Part shown: in pieces, positions 1-11,423 of the stretch
Layout: each line of letters starts with the position of its first letter
How positions within the stretch are numbered: position 1 is the stretch's first letter
NCBI GenBank assembly: GCA_028826165.1
Contig: JAPDFW010000147.1
Span: 744,001-808,000 of the forward strand
DNA from: Anaeramoeba ignava BMAN
Lineage: Eukaryota > Protista > Anaeramoebae
Direction: 5' to 3'
DNA: 64,000 bases
The notes under the pieces: generated by a model
Told to the model about the DNA's origin: nothing
Seen by the model: the letters and a program-made list of their open reading frames with translations, nothing else
Database searches by the model: none
Position numbers and translations under genes: made by a program

Positions 1-2417
1 TGAATCCTACCTCGGCTATAATCCGAGTTGAGATACTCACTTGCAATCGAAAGAATAATATTCACTTCAACTTCTGAAAGTTTTCTTGCTTCTGCTAATC
101 GGAAAATTCTAGGCATCCATTTGCCTTCCTTTTTCGTCAATTCTAATCTTTTCTCGCATCTTTTGCGAAGTAATTTTTCCCGAATAATATTATCTCGAAG
201 AGATACTTCGATATGAACACTTGATGAATATCGCGCTGATTGATCTTTTTGTCGCATGTCTTCTTGGATTCGTGAAGTTATTTTCATCCATTCAAATTTA
301 TCAGTTAAAAACTCCAAATCAGTTGTATAAGGTTTTAATTGTTCTTCTTGATCAGAATTATTTCCATTAATTTCATCTTCTTTTTCATTTAAATTTCCAT
401 TTGAATTTTCATTTGAATCTTCTTTTGTTTTTTTTCCATTTAATTGATTTGTTTTTTCTTGATTGACTTGTTCAGTAATAAAATCAAAAGCATCACTATC
501 ATCAATTCTTTCACTTAATTTCGCACTTAATTTTCCACTTAACTTTCCACTTAAATTTTCACTTAATTTTTCATTTAAATTTTCACTTAAATTTTCACTT
601 AAATTTTCACTTGTTTTTTTTTCTGGGTTTTTCCGATAATCTTCCTCTTCAAGAATTTTTTCAAGTTGAGTTTCTGAAATTTTCATTCTTTGTTCTAAGG
701 AGGGTATTCCTCCAGTTAGAATATTAAGATAATCAGCAAGAAACCGAATTCTTGTGAGATATTTATGAGTACGAGAAACAGGTTCAAAACAATTTTCCTT
801 ATAAAGAGGAGAATCTGGATGAAAAAATATTTCAAGTTCGTTTGGTTTCATCCCTGAAAATAAAAGTATTTTAAAAGATTGTGAGCAATTATCCATTATT
901 GTGTTGATTCTTAACGATTTTCTGTTCCATCTACTCATTCCCCAAGTGTAAAGATGTGAAACTATAAGTAAAACTAATCCATTTTTTTGTTGTTCGGATA
1001 ATTTCAATCTTTCTGATAATCGTATTACTCTTGGTTTCATTGGTGTGTTTTCAAGTTTGTTGCTAATTATTTGTGAAATTTTAACTGACATCTCAAGAAT
1101 TGATTTTTGAATTTTTAGAATTTCCTCAAAATCTTTTTTTAAAAATTTTATAAATCAATTTTATTTTTAATTTTATAAATGAATTTTATTTTTAATTTTA
1201 TAAATGAATTTTAATTTTAATTTTAATTTTAATTTTAATTTTTAATTTTAATTTTAATTTTAATTTTAAATTTTAATTTGAATTTTAATTTTATAAATGA
1301 ATTTTAATTTTGAAATGAATTTTAATTTTAATTTTAATTTTAATTTTAATTTTATAAATGAATTTTATAAATGAATTTTAATTTTTATAAATAATTTTAA
1401 TTTTAATTTAGATTTTAATTTTAATTTTAATTTTAATTAAATTTTATAAATGAATTTTAATTTTAATTTTATAAATGAATTTTAATTTTAATTTTAATTT
1501 TGTTTTTAATTTGAATTTTAATTTTAATTTTAATTTTAATTTAAATTTTATAAATGAATTTTAATTTAAATTTGAATTTTAATTTTAATTTTAATTTTAA
1601 TTTTAAATTTGAATTTTAATTTTATAAATGAATTTTAATTTTAATTTTAATTTTAATTTTTAATTTTAATTTTAATTTTATAAATGAATTTATTTTTAAT
1701 TTTAATTTTAATTTTAATTTTTAATTTTAATTTTAATTTTAATTTTAATTTTAGTTTATAAATTTTTAATTTTAATTTTAATTTTAATTTTATTTTAATT
1801 TTAATTATAATTTTAATTTTTAAAATGAATTTTAATTTTAATTTTAATTTTTAAATTTTAATTTTAATTTTAATTTTAATTTTGATTTTAATTTTATAAA
1901 TTTTAATTTTAATTTTAAATTTTAATTTTAATTTTAATTTTAATTTTAATTAAATTTTATAAATGAATTTTAATTTTAATTTTAATTTTAATTTTAATTT
2001 GAATTTTAATTTTAATTTTATAAATGAATTTTAATTTTAATTTTAATTTTAAATTTTTATTTTATTTATTAATTTAAATTTTATTTTAATTTTAATTTTT
2101 ATTTTATAAATGAATTTTAATTTTAATTTAATTAGATTTTTTGTATTATTGAAAAATGATGTAATTATTAATTTAAATAAAAATATTCTTTTTTTACTTA
2201 ATTCTTTATGATTTATATGTTTATTATTTGTTAAATTGTAAGATTGACTGAGGTAATGATGAACTGTTAATACAAAAAATTGTTGCATTGCTCTTAAATA
2301 TGTTTCATCAGTAAATGGTGTTTGAATATATTCTGGTTTTAACATTTCTTCAATTTCATCTTTAAGAAGAAAAGAAACATTTTCCCATTCTTTTTTATAT
2401 TCTTCTATTGTTTCCAT
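1..2417 (-). CDS. 5' part of a large protein, possibly an AAA-ATPase with N-terminal winged-helix-like repeats; runs off the window edge
   Basis: ATG at 2417; exon 1 is 2417-2198; GT-AG intron 2197-1133; exon 2 is open from 1132 to the window edge. It contains two 'PR..RL.....LS..E...' motifs (KPRVIRLSERLKLSEQQ and MPRIFRLAEARKLSEVEVNIIL) like those N-terminal to some AAA ATPases. No ATPase core is visible in the window. Confidence 0.5.
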
Positions 2418-2524
2418 AATAAATTGAGAAAGAAAATTAAAGGAAAAAAATGAAAAAAAATTCGAAAAAAAATTTTTCCTTTTTATATTTTTTCTTTCTT
2501 TCTTTTATTCATTTTCAATTTATT

Positions 2525-3388
2525 TTTAATTTAATATTTAATTTATAAATTAATTTAAAAATATAATTTAATAATTAATTTTGTGTTTAAAATAATAATT
2601 TATTGTTTTATATTTAAATATTTTATTATTTCAAATTTTTATGATAATTGATTAGTTGAATATAAAGAATAAGAACAGATTTAATTTAATATTTAATTTA
2701 TAAATTAATTTAAAAATATAATTTAATATTTAATTTTTATGTTTAAAATAATAATTTATTGTTTTATATTTAAATATTTTATTATTTTAAATATTAAACA
2801 TATAAATATAAAAATGGGAATAGATTTAATTTAATATTTAATTTAATAAATTAATTTAAAAATATAATTTAATATTTAATTTTATTATTAAAATAATAAT
2901 TTAATGTTTTAGATTTAAATATTTTATTATTTAAAAATTTAACATATAAATATCAAAAATAAGAATAGATTTAATTTAATATTTAATTTAAAAATTAATT
3001 TAAAAATATAATTTAATATTTAATTTTGTGTTTAAAATAATAATTTATTGTTTTTAGATTTAAATATTTTATTATTTCAAATTTTTATGATAATTGATTA
3101 GTTGAATATAAAATAATAAGAACAGATTTAATTTAATATTTAATTTTATAAATTAATTTAAAAATATAATTTAATATTTAATTTTATTATTAAAATAATA
3201 ATTTATTGTTTTTATATTTAAATATTTTCTTGTTTAAATATTTAACATATAAATATAAAAATAAGAATAAGTTTAATTTAATATTTAATTTATAAATTAA
3301 TTTAAAAATATAATTTAATATTTAATTTTATGTTTAAAATAATAATTTATTGTTTTAGATTTAAATATTTTATTATTTAAAAATATTT
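2525..3388 (+). repeat. Left arm of a long inverted repeat: about 6 tandem ~150-bp AT-rich subunits
   Basis: The motif (aga)tttaatttaatatttaatttataaattaatttaaaaatataattt recurs at ~2525, 2680, 2825, 2970, 3127 and 3272. It is the reverse complement of 9138-9562. Confidence 0.85.
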
Positions 3389-3752
3389 TGAAAATTGATT
3401 TTTTTTGAAATTAAAATTTTATCTTTTTTTTTGAATTAAATTGAATTAATATTAATTTGGAAATTTGTTTTTAAATTTAAATTTATTAATAATTTTTAAA
3501 TTCCAAAAAAAAAATTAAATTAAAAATTAAATTAAAATAATTTTCCTTTTTTTTTAATAAAAAAAATTAATAAAAAATAATAATAATTTATTAATAAATT
3601 AATTTAAAATAATAAATTAAAAAGAAAATTAAATTAATTATTAATTTAAATTTTTTGCCTTCCTTTATTTAAATTTTTTGCCTTCCTTTATTTAATTTTT
3701 TTTTTATTAAATTTTTTTTTTCATTTTTTTCTTTCAAAAAACAAAAAACAAA

Positions 3753-6700
3753 ATGGATAGCAATAACCAACAAATTAATGAATTAATTAAAACTATTAAT
3801 GGTAATTATTATTATTATTATTATAAATATATTTTTTAAAACAAAAACACAAAAAAAACTTATTTAACATTTTTTTTGGATAATTAAATTATAAATAAAT
3901 AGAAAAAGATAATTTAATTCAAGAACTTTATAAAGAGAATAAAGAACTTTTATACAAGAATGAAGCACTTTATAAACAAATTCAAGAAAAAGATAAACAA
4001 ATTTTTGAACTTCATAAACAAATTCAAGAAAAAAAAATTGAAGAAAAAGAAAAGGAAGTTGAGAAAATGAAACCTGTTTTTGATGAAATTGAAGAAATGA
4101 AAAAACAATTTCAGAGTTTTTGGAATTCAGAAATTGTTAAAGATATTGAATACATTAAGAAATTACAAGAATGGGTAAATGATAATGATTTCTTTTCTAA
4201 AATGAAAAAAGGATTTTCAGCAAAAAGAGATGGATTTGATTCTGAAACTTGGCATAAAGCAGTTGATGGGAAAGGAAAAACATTAGTTATTATCAAAACA
4301 AAACAAAATTTTATTTTTGGAGGTTTTACTCAAGTTGGATGGACAAATGATAAATCAAAATGGAGAAAAGAAGATAGAAATGATGATAATGATGGATATA
4401 TTCCTGATTCAAATGCATTTGTTTTTTCATTAAGAAATGATAAAGGAGATAGAAAACCAAAGAAATTTACAATTAAACAAGGAGAAGAAGAATATGCAAT
4501 TTTTTATGATTTAAGTTATGGTCCAGTTTTTGGAAGTAAATATAAATAATTTATATTTAATAAATAAATATTATTATAATTAAAATTAAATTAATAAATA
4601 ATCCAAAATATTAATATAATAAATAATATCATTATTTAAATTTAAAATAAAATAAATTTTAAATTTAATTATTATTAATTATTATTAAAATTAATTATTT
4701 ATATTTATTAAAATAGAGAGTAAATAATTTATATTTAATAAATATTTATTATTATAATTAAAATTAAATTATAAATAATCTAAAATATTAATATAATAAA
4801 TAATATTATTATTTTAATTTAAAATAAAATTAATTTTAAATTAAATTATTATTAATTATTATTAAAATTAATTATTTATATTTATTAAAATAGATTGTAA
4901 ATAATTTATATTTAATAAATATTTATTATTATAATTAAAATTAAATTAATAAATAATCCAAAATATTAATATAATCAAATAATATTATTATTTAAATTTA
5001 AAATAAAATTAATTTTAAATTAAATTATTATTAATTATTATTAAAATTAATTATTTATTTTTATTAAAATAGTGAGTAAATAATATTGATTTAATAAATA
5101 TTTATTATTATAATTAAAATTAAATTAATAAATAATCCAAAAATAATATAATAAATAATATTATTATTTAAATTTAAATTTAAAATAAAATTAATTTTAA
5201 ATTAAATTATTATTAATTATTATTAAAATTAATTATTTATTTTTTATTAAAAATAGTGAGTAAATAATTTATATTTAATAAATATTTATTATTATAATTA
5301 AAATTAAATTAATAAATAATCCAAAAATATTAATATAATAAATAATATTATTATATTTAAATTTAAATTTAAAATAAAATTAATTTTAAATTAAATTTAT
5401 TAATTATTATTAAAATTAATTATTTATTTTTATTAAAAATAGATGGTAAATAATTTATATTTAATAAATATTTATTATTATAATTAAAATTAAATTAATA
5501 AATAATTCAAAAATATTAATATAATAAATAATATTATTATTTAAATTTTAAAATAAAATTAATTTTAAATTAAATTATTATTAATTATTATTAAAATTAA
5601 TTATTTATTTTTATTAAAATAGAGAGTAAATAATTTATATTTAATAAATATTTATTATTATAATTAAAATTAAATTAATAAATAATTCAAAAATATTAAT
5701 ATAATAAATAATATTATTATTTAAATTTAAAATAAAATTAATTTTAAATTAAAATTATTAATTATTATTAAAATTAATTATTTATTTTTATTAAAATAGT
5801 GGGTAAATAATTTATATTTAATAAATATTTATTATTATAATTAAAATTAAATTAATAAATAATCCAAAATATTAATATAATAAATAATATCATTATTTAA
5901 ATTTAAATAAAAATAAATTTTTAAATTAAATTATTATTAATTATTATTAAAATTAATTATTTATATTTATTAAAATAGAGAGTAAATAATTTATATTTAA
6001 TAAATATTTATTATTATAATTAAAATTAAATTAATAAATAATCCAAAATATTAATATAATAAATAATATTATTATTTAAATTTAAAATAAAATAAATTTT
6101 AAATTAAATTATTATTAATTATTATTAAAATTAATTATTTATCTTTAATAAAATAGAGAGTAAATAATTTATATTTAATAAATATTTATTATTATAATTA
6201 AAATTAAATTAATAAATAATACAAAATATTAATATAATAAATAATATTATTATTTCAATTTAAAATAAAATAAATTTTAAATTAAATTATTATTAATTAT
6301 TATTAAAATTAATTATTTATATTTATTAAAAAATAGAGAGTAAATAATTTATATTTAATAAATATTTATTATTATAATTAAAATTAAATTAATAAATAAT
6401 TCAAAAATATTAATATAATAAATAATATTATTATTTCAATTTAAAATAAAATAAATTTTAAATTAAATTATTATTAATTATTGTTAAAATTAATTATTTA
6501 TATTTATTAAAAATAGTTGAGTAAATAATTAATATTTAATAAATAATTATTATTATAATTAAAATTAAATTAATAAATAATCCAAAATATTAATATAATA
6601 AATAATATTATTATTTTAATTTAAAATAAAATAAATTTTAAATTAAATTATTATTAATTATTATTAAAATTAATTATTTATATTTATTAAAATAGATCGT

Positions 6701-8831
6701 AAATAATTTATATTTAATAAATATTTATTATTATAATTAAAATTAAATTAATAAGTAATCCAAAATAATATAATAAATAATATTATTATTTCAATTTAAA
6801 ATAAAATAAATTTTAAAATTAAATTATTATTAATTATTATTAAAATTAATTATTTATTTTTATTAAAATAGATGGTAAATAATTTTATATTTAATAAATA
6901 ATTATTATTATAATTAAAATTAAATTAATAAATAATCTAAAATATTAATATAATCAATAATATTATTATTTAAATTTAAAAATAAAATTAATTTTAAATT
7001 AAATTATTATTAATTATTATTAAAATTAATTATTTATCTTTATTAAAATAGATTGTAAATAATTTATATTTAATAAATATTTATTATTATAATTAAAATT
7101 AAATTAATAAATAATCCAAAAATATTAATATAATAAATAATATTATTATTTAAATTTAAAATAAAAATTAATTTTAAATTAAATTATTATTAATTATTAT
7201 TAAAATTAATTATTTATATTTATTAAAATAGTTGGTAAATAATTTATATTTAATAAATATTTATTATTATAATTAAAATTAAATTAATAAATAATCTAAA
7301 ATATTAATATAATAAATAATATTATTATTTAAATTTAAAATAAAAATAAATTTTAAATTAAATTATTATTAATTATTATTAAAATTAATTATTTATATTT
7401 ATTAAAATAGATAGTAAATAATTTATATTTAATAAATATTTATTATTATAATTAAAAATTAAATTAATAAATAATCCAAAATATTAATATAATAAATAAT
7501 ATTATTATTTAAATTTAAAATAAAAATTAATTTTAAATTAAATTATTATTAATTATTATTAAAATTAATTATTTATATTTATTAAAATAGTTGGTAAATA
7601 ATTTATATTTAATAAATATTTATTATTATAATTAAAATTAAATTAATAAATAATCTAAAATATTATTATAATAAATAATATTATTATTTAAATTTAAAAT
7701 AAAATAAATTTTAAATTAAATTATTATTAATTATTATTAAAATTAATTATTTATATTTATTAAAATAGATAGTAAATAATTTATATTTAATAAATATTTA
7801 TTATTATAATTAAAATTAAATTAATAAATAATCTAAAATATTATTATAATAAATAATATTATTATTTAAATTTAAAATAAAATAAATTTTTAAATTAAAT
7901 TATTATTAATTATTATTAAAATTAATTATTTATATTTATTAAAATAGATTGTAAATAAATTATATTTAATAAATATTTATTATTATAATTAAAAATTAAA
8001 TTAATAAATAATCCAAAATATTAATATAATAAATAATATTATTATTTTAATTTAAAATAAAATTAATTTTAAAATTAAATTATTATTAATTATTATTAAA
8101 ATTAATTATTTATTTTTATTAAAATAGATGGTAAATAATTTATATTTAATAAATATTTATTATTATAATTAAATTTAAATTAATAAATAATCCAAAATAT
8201 TAATATAATAAATAATATTATTATTTAAATTTAAAATAAAATTAATTTTAAATTAAATTATTATTAATTATTATTAAAATTAATTATTTATTTTTATTAA
8301 AATAGATTGTAAATAATTTATATTTAATAAATATTTATTATTATAATTAAAATTAAATTAATAAATAATCCAAAATATTAATATAATAAATAATATTATT
8401 ATTTAAATTTAAAATAAAATTAATTTTAAATTAAATTATTATTAATTATTATTAAAATTAATTATTTATCTTTATTAAAATAGTTGGTAAATAATTTATA
8501 TTTAATAAATATTTATTATTATAATTAAAATTAAATTAATAAATAATCCAAAATATTAATATAATAAATAATATTATTATTTAAATTTAAAATAAAATTA
8601 ATTTTAAATTAAATTATTATTAATTATTATTAAAATTAATTATTTATCTTTATTAAAATATTTATAGGTGATATTGAGTTAAATTCTAATTTACAACCTG
8701 GTTATTCAAATTTTGGTAATATTTATAATCTACCTAATGGAATTGAATATGATACAAATGAAGCTAGAAGTTATTTAGCTGGTTCTTATAATAATTGGAT
8801 TGTTGATGAACTTGAATCTTATTTCATTTAA
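3753..8831 (+). CDS. Coiled-coil + TLDc domain protein containing a micro-exon array
   Basis: Exons are 3753-3801, 3903-4535, [micro-exon array], 8668-8831. TLDc motifs: FSAKRDGF, HKAVDGKGKTLVIIKT, IFGGFT, DSNAFVFSL, YGPVFG. The last exon supplies the rest of the domain: DIELNSNL...SNFG..YNLP...YLAGSYNNWIVDELESYFI*. Confidence 0.9.
4536..8667 (+). repeat. Tandem array of 23 near-identical ~177-bp GT-AG introns separated by 22 micro-exons (21 of 3 nt, 1 of 4 nt)
   Basis: Every junction reads ttattaaaatag-NNN-gtaaataattt, with a period of ~180 bp. Confidence 0.9.
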
Positions 8832-9137
8832 AAACTATTTTTCATTTTTTTTTCAAAATTCAATTCAATTTTAATTTACTTTCAATCAAATTAAATTCTT
8901 CAAACCAATAAATAAAAAACAAATCTAATTTTAAACAATTTAATTTTAATTTAAAAATATTATTAAAAAGAAGATTAAATTGAAATTAAGAAAATCAAAA
9001 ATATAAAAAAATTGAAAATAGAAATTAATAATTATTAATTGTAAAATATTTTATAAAATATAAAATAAGAAACAAAATTAAATTATAATTTTTATTATTA
9101 AAAATTATATTTATTTAATAAATTAAAAAAATTAAAA

Positions 9138-9562
9138 AATATTTTTAAAATAAATAATAAAATATTTAAATCTAAAACAATAAATTATTATTTTAAACAT
9201 AAAATTAAATATTAAATTATATTTTTAAATTAATTTATAAATTAAATATTAAATTAAATCTATTCTTATTTTTATATTTATATGTTAAATATTTAAACAA
9301 GAAAATATTTAAATATAAAACAATAAATTATTATTTTTAATAATAGGATTAAATATTAAATTATATTTTTAAATTAATTTATAAATTAAATATTAAATTA
9401 AATCTGTTCTTATTCTTTATATTCAACTAATCAATTATCATAAAAATTTGAAATAATAAAATATTTAGATATAAAACAATAAATTATTATTTTAATAATA
9501 AAATTAAATATTAAATTATATTTTTAAATTAAATTATAAATTAAATATTAAATTAAATCTAT
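9138..9562 (-). repeat. Right arm of the long inverted repeat: about 3 subunits
   Basis: Reverse complement of the left arm, including diagnostic segments: tctgttcttattctttatattcaactaatcaattatcat matches ~2641-2679, and aaatatttaaacaagaaaatatt matches ~3221-3243. Confidence 0.85.
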
Positions 9563-9600
9563 TTTGAATTTTCATTTTTTTCTTTTCAAATTTTTATAAA

Positions 9601-11354
9601 ATGTTTTTTCAAAATTTTTTTCTTTTTCTATTTTTTGTTTATTTTTCAATTCAAATTACAAATAATAGACCAATAATTGGAATTGTAACAGGTATTTTAT
9701 AAAAATAAAATTATAAAAAAAATTTTATTAAAAAAATAAGAAAAAAAAATAAAGAACCATCTTTAACGGAACTTGAAAAATATGGTTCACAATATATTGC
9801 TGCATCATATGTTAAATGGATTGAAGGATCAGGAGCTCGAGTAAGTTTAAAAAAATTAAATTAAAAAATTCAATTAAAAATTCAATTAAAAAAATTAAAT
9901 TAAAAAAATTCAATTAAAAAAATTTCAATTAAAAAAATTCAATTAAAAAAATTCAATTAAAAAAGGTTGTTCCAATTAAATATACTTTATCTTCTTCTGA
10001 ATTAATTCAAATTCTTGATCAAATTAATGGAGTTTTATTTCCTGGTGGTGATGCTTCTCTTGATGGAACACAATTTTATCAAACTTTAAAATCAATTTAT
10101 AATTATGCAATTCAAAAAAATCAAGAAGGAATTTATTTTCCAATTTATGGAACATGTTTAGGATTTGAAGCATTGAATATTTTAACTAGGTATTAAAGAA
10201 ATAAATATATAAAATTAAAATTAAAATTAAAATTAAATTTAAAATTAAAATTCATTTATAAAATAAAAATTAAAATTAAAATTATAATTAAAATTTAAAT
10301 TAAAATTCATTTATAAAATTAAAATTAAAATTAAAATTAAAATTAAAATTAAAATTAAAATTAAAATTAAAAATTAAAATTAAAATTAAAATTAAAATTA
10401 AAATTAAAATTAAAATTAAAATTAAAATTAAATTTAAAATCAAAATTAAAATTAAAATTAAAATTAAAATTAAAATTAAAATTAAAATTAAAATTAATAT
10501 TAATATTAAAATTAAAATTAAAATCAAAATTAAAATTAATTTATAAAAATTAAAATTAATTTATAAAATTAAAATTAAAATTAATATTAAAATCAAAATA
10601 AAAATTAAAATTAAAATTAAAATTAAATTTAAAATTAAAATTAAAATTAAAATTAAAATTAAAATCAAAATTAAAATTAAAATTAAAATTAAAATTAATA
10701 TTAAAATTAAAATTAAAATTTATTTCAAAATTAAAATTAATATTAAAATTAAAATTAAAATTAAAATTAAAATTAAATTAAAATTAAAATTAAAAATTAA
10801 AATTGTTTTTATTAGTCAAGATATGAATATCCTTTCAAAAGTTGGAATGGAAAATATTACACTTCCTCTTTATTTCACAACATTAACACCAAAAAGTCGA
10901 ATGTTTAAAAACGCAAGTTCTGAAATTTTACTAATTTTATCTTCTAAAAACGTTACATTAAACAATCACGAATATGGAGTTTTAGTTGATACATTTAACA
11001 ACAATAATAAATTATCACAATTTTATTCAGTTTTATCTTATAATTACGAAATTTCACTTCAAAAATTACCATTTGTTTCAACAATTGAATCAATTGATTA
11101 TCCAATTTATGGAACACAATTCCATCCCGAAAAAAATATTTATGAATGGAGAATTGACGAAGATATTAATCATTCATTTGATGCAGTTTTGATTTCTCAA
11201 TATTTTGGAAATTTCTTTGTTTCTGAATCAAGAAAAAATTCTCAACATTTTGCAAATCAAACAGATGAAGCAAATGCTTTGATTTATAATTTCCCAATTA
11301 TTTATACAGCAAAAGATGAACCAAGTTTTGAACAATGTTATTTTTTTGAACCTT

Positions 11355-11356
<2 letters not shown>
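9601..11356 (+). CDS. GGH: Gamma-glutamyl hydrolase (peptidase C26) with signal peptide
   Basis: Spliced exons give NNRPIIGIVT, YIAASYVKWIEGSGARVVPI, NGVLFPGG, PIYGTCLGFE (catalytic Cys) and YGTQFHPEK (catalytic His). The N-terminus is hydrophobic; there are 3 introns. Confidence 0.93.
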
Positions 11357-11385
<29 letters not shown>

Positions 11386-11423
11386 AGCAAAATTTCTTTT
11401 TCCAAAATTTTTTTTTTCTTTTT

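Noticed and set aside
4536-4549. ORF-track C-termini 'GSKYK*' and 'GCKYK*' (62321-62334) as true protein ends
   Set aside because: They are read-through into the first intron; the rest of the TLDc domain lies in exons 8668-8831 and 57097-56934.
4536-8667. CRISPR array interpretation of the repeat/variable-spacer pattern (also 57098-62334)
   Set aside because: The repeats are ~177 bp and the variable parts only 3 nt. There are no cas genes, the context is eukaryotic and intron-rich, and the repeat ends are GT/AG splice sites.
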